Source: Octopus vulgaris
Lineage: Eukaryota
NCBI GenBank assembly: GCA_951406725.2
Contig: OX597836.1
Location: 35,092,001 to 35,156,000 of the forward strand
Direction of reading: 5' to 3'
Length of the DNA stretch: 64,000 nucleotides
Below, piece by piece: positions 60,862 through 64,000 of the stretch. Numbering within the stretch: position 1 is the stretch's first letter; each line of letters opens with the position of its first letter. The notes under the pieces are model-generated. The model was not told the origin of the DNA, made no database searches, and saw only the letters and a list, made by a program, of their open reading frames with translations. The translations under genes were made by a program, and so were the position numbers.

Positions 60862-61417
60862 ATGCCCGTGAACGATATGTGTGCCGGGTATATATCTATA
60901 TGACAGTGAATGGGAGAGGGTAAAATATAGAAAGAGAAATGCAGAGAGAGAAAGACATCCAAAGACGACATGGAACCTTAGGGACCTTTTATGTACCTCA
61001 AATCCCGTTCTTACTAGAAGTTAAATGAAATCTTTTGAAATTTCTAAAGGTTGCCGCTGCTGTGTGGGGAGGGGGGAACGGTGTGAGGGCTGACTGCTGA
61101 CCTCTCCCCCCACTTCCCACCGCCCGCTCACTTTGTAAAACTCACATAATCACTACCAAAGGTATGTTTAACTGTTTGAAACTATAAAAACGGGTGGTGG
61201 AGGCCCATGGTGACCCGCGGCCTAGAAATGCTTAAACCCTCAATCGCACACTTTCAATACATATTAACTACATAACCGTGTAGGATATATTCTCTCCCCC
61301 CATTCTCACTTTCTCTCTCTATCCATAGATGTATTCTTTTTTTCGTTTACTTGTTTACCTGTCTATCTATGTATCTATCTATCTATGTACCTACCTGTCT
61401 ATCTATCTACCTACATC

Positions 61418-61471
<54 letters not shown>

Positions 61472-62124
61472 CATCTATCTTTCTAACTATGTATCTGTCT
61501 GTCTTTCTGCCTCCCTGTCTGTCTGAGTATCTATCTGTCTATATATATCTCTCTCTCTCCATCTATCTAAGTATTTATCTATCTATCTATCTTTATTTCC
61601 ACCTATCTATCCATTCCTGGGTTTATACCGTGGCGAAAACACACGCTCTCGTACATATTCACACACATATATTTATATATGTACGTGTATATACGGCTGT
61701 GTGTGTGTGTACATGTATGTGTGTATTCCCCATTATGTATATGCCTTTGTGTGTGTGTGCATACACTTATATCTATTAGAAGCAGTTGTACGTACATATT
61801 TACACATATCAATTTTGAGCTTTCAATATTTAGCTAATATAATAGTATCTACACACAGAAGTACCTTCATATACACACTCTTATCCATGACCACGTACTC
61901 GCATATCGATTTCTAAGAACACCTTTTCTCAATTTTAAAATACAAAAAAAAAGAAATAAAAGAAAAGAAAAAAAAAAACAGACGCCAAATCTTCTTTACT
62001 TTAAGTTTATTAATGATTGCGTTACATGATATATATGAAGTTAGAGTCTCTGAGATGTGGTCTGCAAAGACGCCACGAAATTAAGCTTGGTGGAATTTAT
62101 TTACATCTTACAAACATTCGGAAA

Positions 62125-63179
62125 TTATAAACCAACGGTCATCTGAAAGAGAAAATGGAATTATTGATAAAATATATATGAAAGTATCAGAGTGGAATGT
62201 ACTAATGCCCAAATGAATCCCTATGGCTGGATATCACAAAAATTCATATTTTATAATTGAGACTTATCCCTAATGAATGGAGTGTAGAAACGATCTTTTC
62301 AGGAATTTGAATATATTAATCAGAATGGAGAAATAAATATAAAGTAATGGGAGAAGGAGCGAAATCTCTTATAAATCAGTCCATATTGACTTAAGAAATA
62401 ATTTCAGATTGGATAAGTAAAGCTTCACATAAGAAAACAGAGTGGAAAGCGTTAGAATGTCAACGTTTTTCAGCATTTTAACTTAGATCTTGTCTGAATT
62501 AAGACTGAAAATCTGCAGCTAAACATTTATAAGGTAATTTACGTGAAAACATACCAGAAAGTACTGCCAATGGGCTTCGTGGACTTTTTGCTCCATTGTT
62601 TTACTCGGAGTAGCATCTGTTGCATTACATACTTTAACGTGGTCCCTTGATTTTTGACGCGACGGAAACGTCTTGTGACATCGTCCACATTCGAATGGTT
62701 CATCTATAAAATGCTTCAAAACATGGTCCTGAAATGTAACGATATTAATCGTTCGTTTCAATGTATTGATATGTTATACATAAAGAGAAATCAATGAATT
62801 TGGAAATATTAAATACATTCATAAAGTATAAAGTAAAATATAATAATAATATGAATATACATACATTGAAATGACCACGGTGTCTGAAATGTTTATCACA
62901 AAGTTTACAGGTAAACCGAAATTTCTCTTCATGAACAAGCTTGTGGTAGTTTAATGAAGTATTTCGAGTGAATCTCTTCTTACATATGTCGCACTGGTAC
63001 GGCTTGACGCCTGTAAAAAGGAAGTAATAATTATCATTATTTGAACATGATTAAAATACTTTGAGCATCAACTGAAATAAAATGTATAAATGCAATGACT
63101 TACCGTAATGACTCCTCATGTGAGTTGTTAATGAAGATTTCGAAGTAAATGTCTTGGAACATAATGAACATGTGCACAT
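62125..63179 (-). CDS. ZNF copy E (intact-looking)
   Basis: Four exons with GT-AG introns and no visible lesion; protein essentially identical to copy A. Confidence 0.78.
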
Positions 63180-63479
63180 CGTGCTTATATTGTATAAGTT
63201 GGGATTAATAAATGGAAAAATTGATGTAGTTTATATGTGTGTGTGTGGTTTGTATAATCTTGTATATCTAATTAGAAATATTTACAGAAATATAAGTGTG
63301 TGTATAATGTAAATCGATGGAGATGTGAAAGGCAAGAGAGGGAGAGAAGCTGGTCACCTTCCTGTCATATACTAAGGTATGAATAGGTAAATAATTAAGG
63401 GATGCAGCCTATTTGTAGTACAACAAAATTTCAAGACACTCACACACACATACACACGCACACACACATGTTATTAGCC

Positions 63480-63551
<72 letters not shown>

Positions 63552-64000
63552 TTTAAAGTAGATAAAGGTGAGATGGTATAAGTGAAGGATAGGTCGCATT
63601 TGGGGGCTGCTGTTCACAGCTTAACTCCCACCCCTCAAAAACACACACGTGTTTTAGCTTTTGTCTTTCTTCCTTTTTTTAAAGAAGGTAATGACGTGGC
63701 TGGAAAGGTGTAGGATAGGTAGGTAATTTGGGCTGCTATTTTCTGCTCACCTCACATCCACCATCTCAAACACACACACATTTCAATAGCTTCTTCATAT
63801 CTGTCTTTCTTTATTTAAATTTTTTTTAAAAAGGTAAGTTTCAGCGGGTACAGGTGTGGGGTAGTTAGTTGTTTGTGGCTAGTATTGGCTGCTTAACTCC
63901 CAGCTCCCATCACTCTCGCTCTCTCTCTCTCTCTTTACTTCTTTCTCTAACACACACATAGTATAAGGAATAAAAGGTAATACGTTATATGCGTGTGCAT

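Overview
Eukaryotic, very AT-rich, microsatellite-saturated DNA. The CORE- and Meta-type SINEs and (TA)n density suggest a cephalopod (Octopus-like) genome; this is an inference. Almost all 'YIYI' ORFs in the track are translated (TA)n/(TG)n/(TCTA)n repeats. The real content is: (1) a tandem array of a small, spliced, minus-strand C2H2 zinc-finger gene that the ORF track captures only in fragments (4 coding exons, ~137 aa, 4 fingers), with three intact-looking copies, two damaged copies and four exon-1-only copies; (2) a ~13.5 kb segmental duplication (1-13.5 kb vs 40.6-55.1 kb) carrying a dead CR1-like LINE, a non-autonomous Helitron and a Tc1 remnant; (3) several DD41D (rosa-type) Tc1/mariner deletion derivatives and SINEs; (4) a ~165 bp palindromic MITE-like hairpin that recurs and sits at rearrangement breakpoints; (5) non-coding insertions, mostly in TA tracts, carrying type I hammerhead ribozyme motifs of the kind found in Penelope-like retroelements. 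These include a near-canonical motif at 15166-15230 and a 4.3 kb fold-back (27.3-31.7 kb) with a hammerhead at each outer end. All coordinates, splice models and folds were read by eye.
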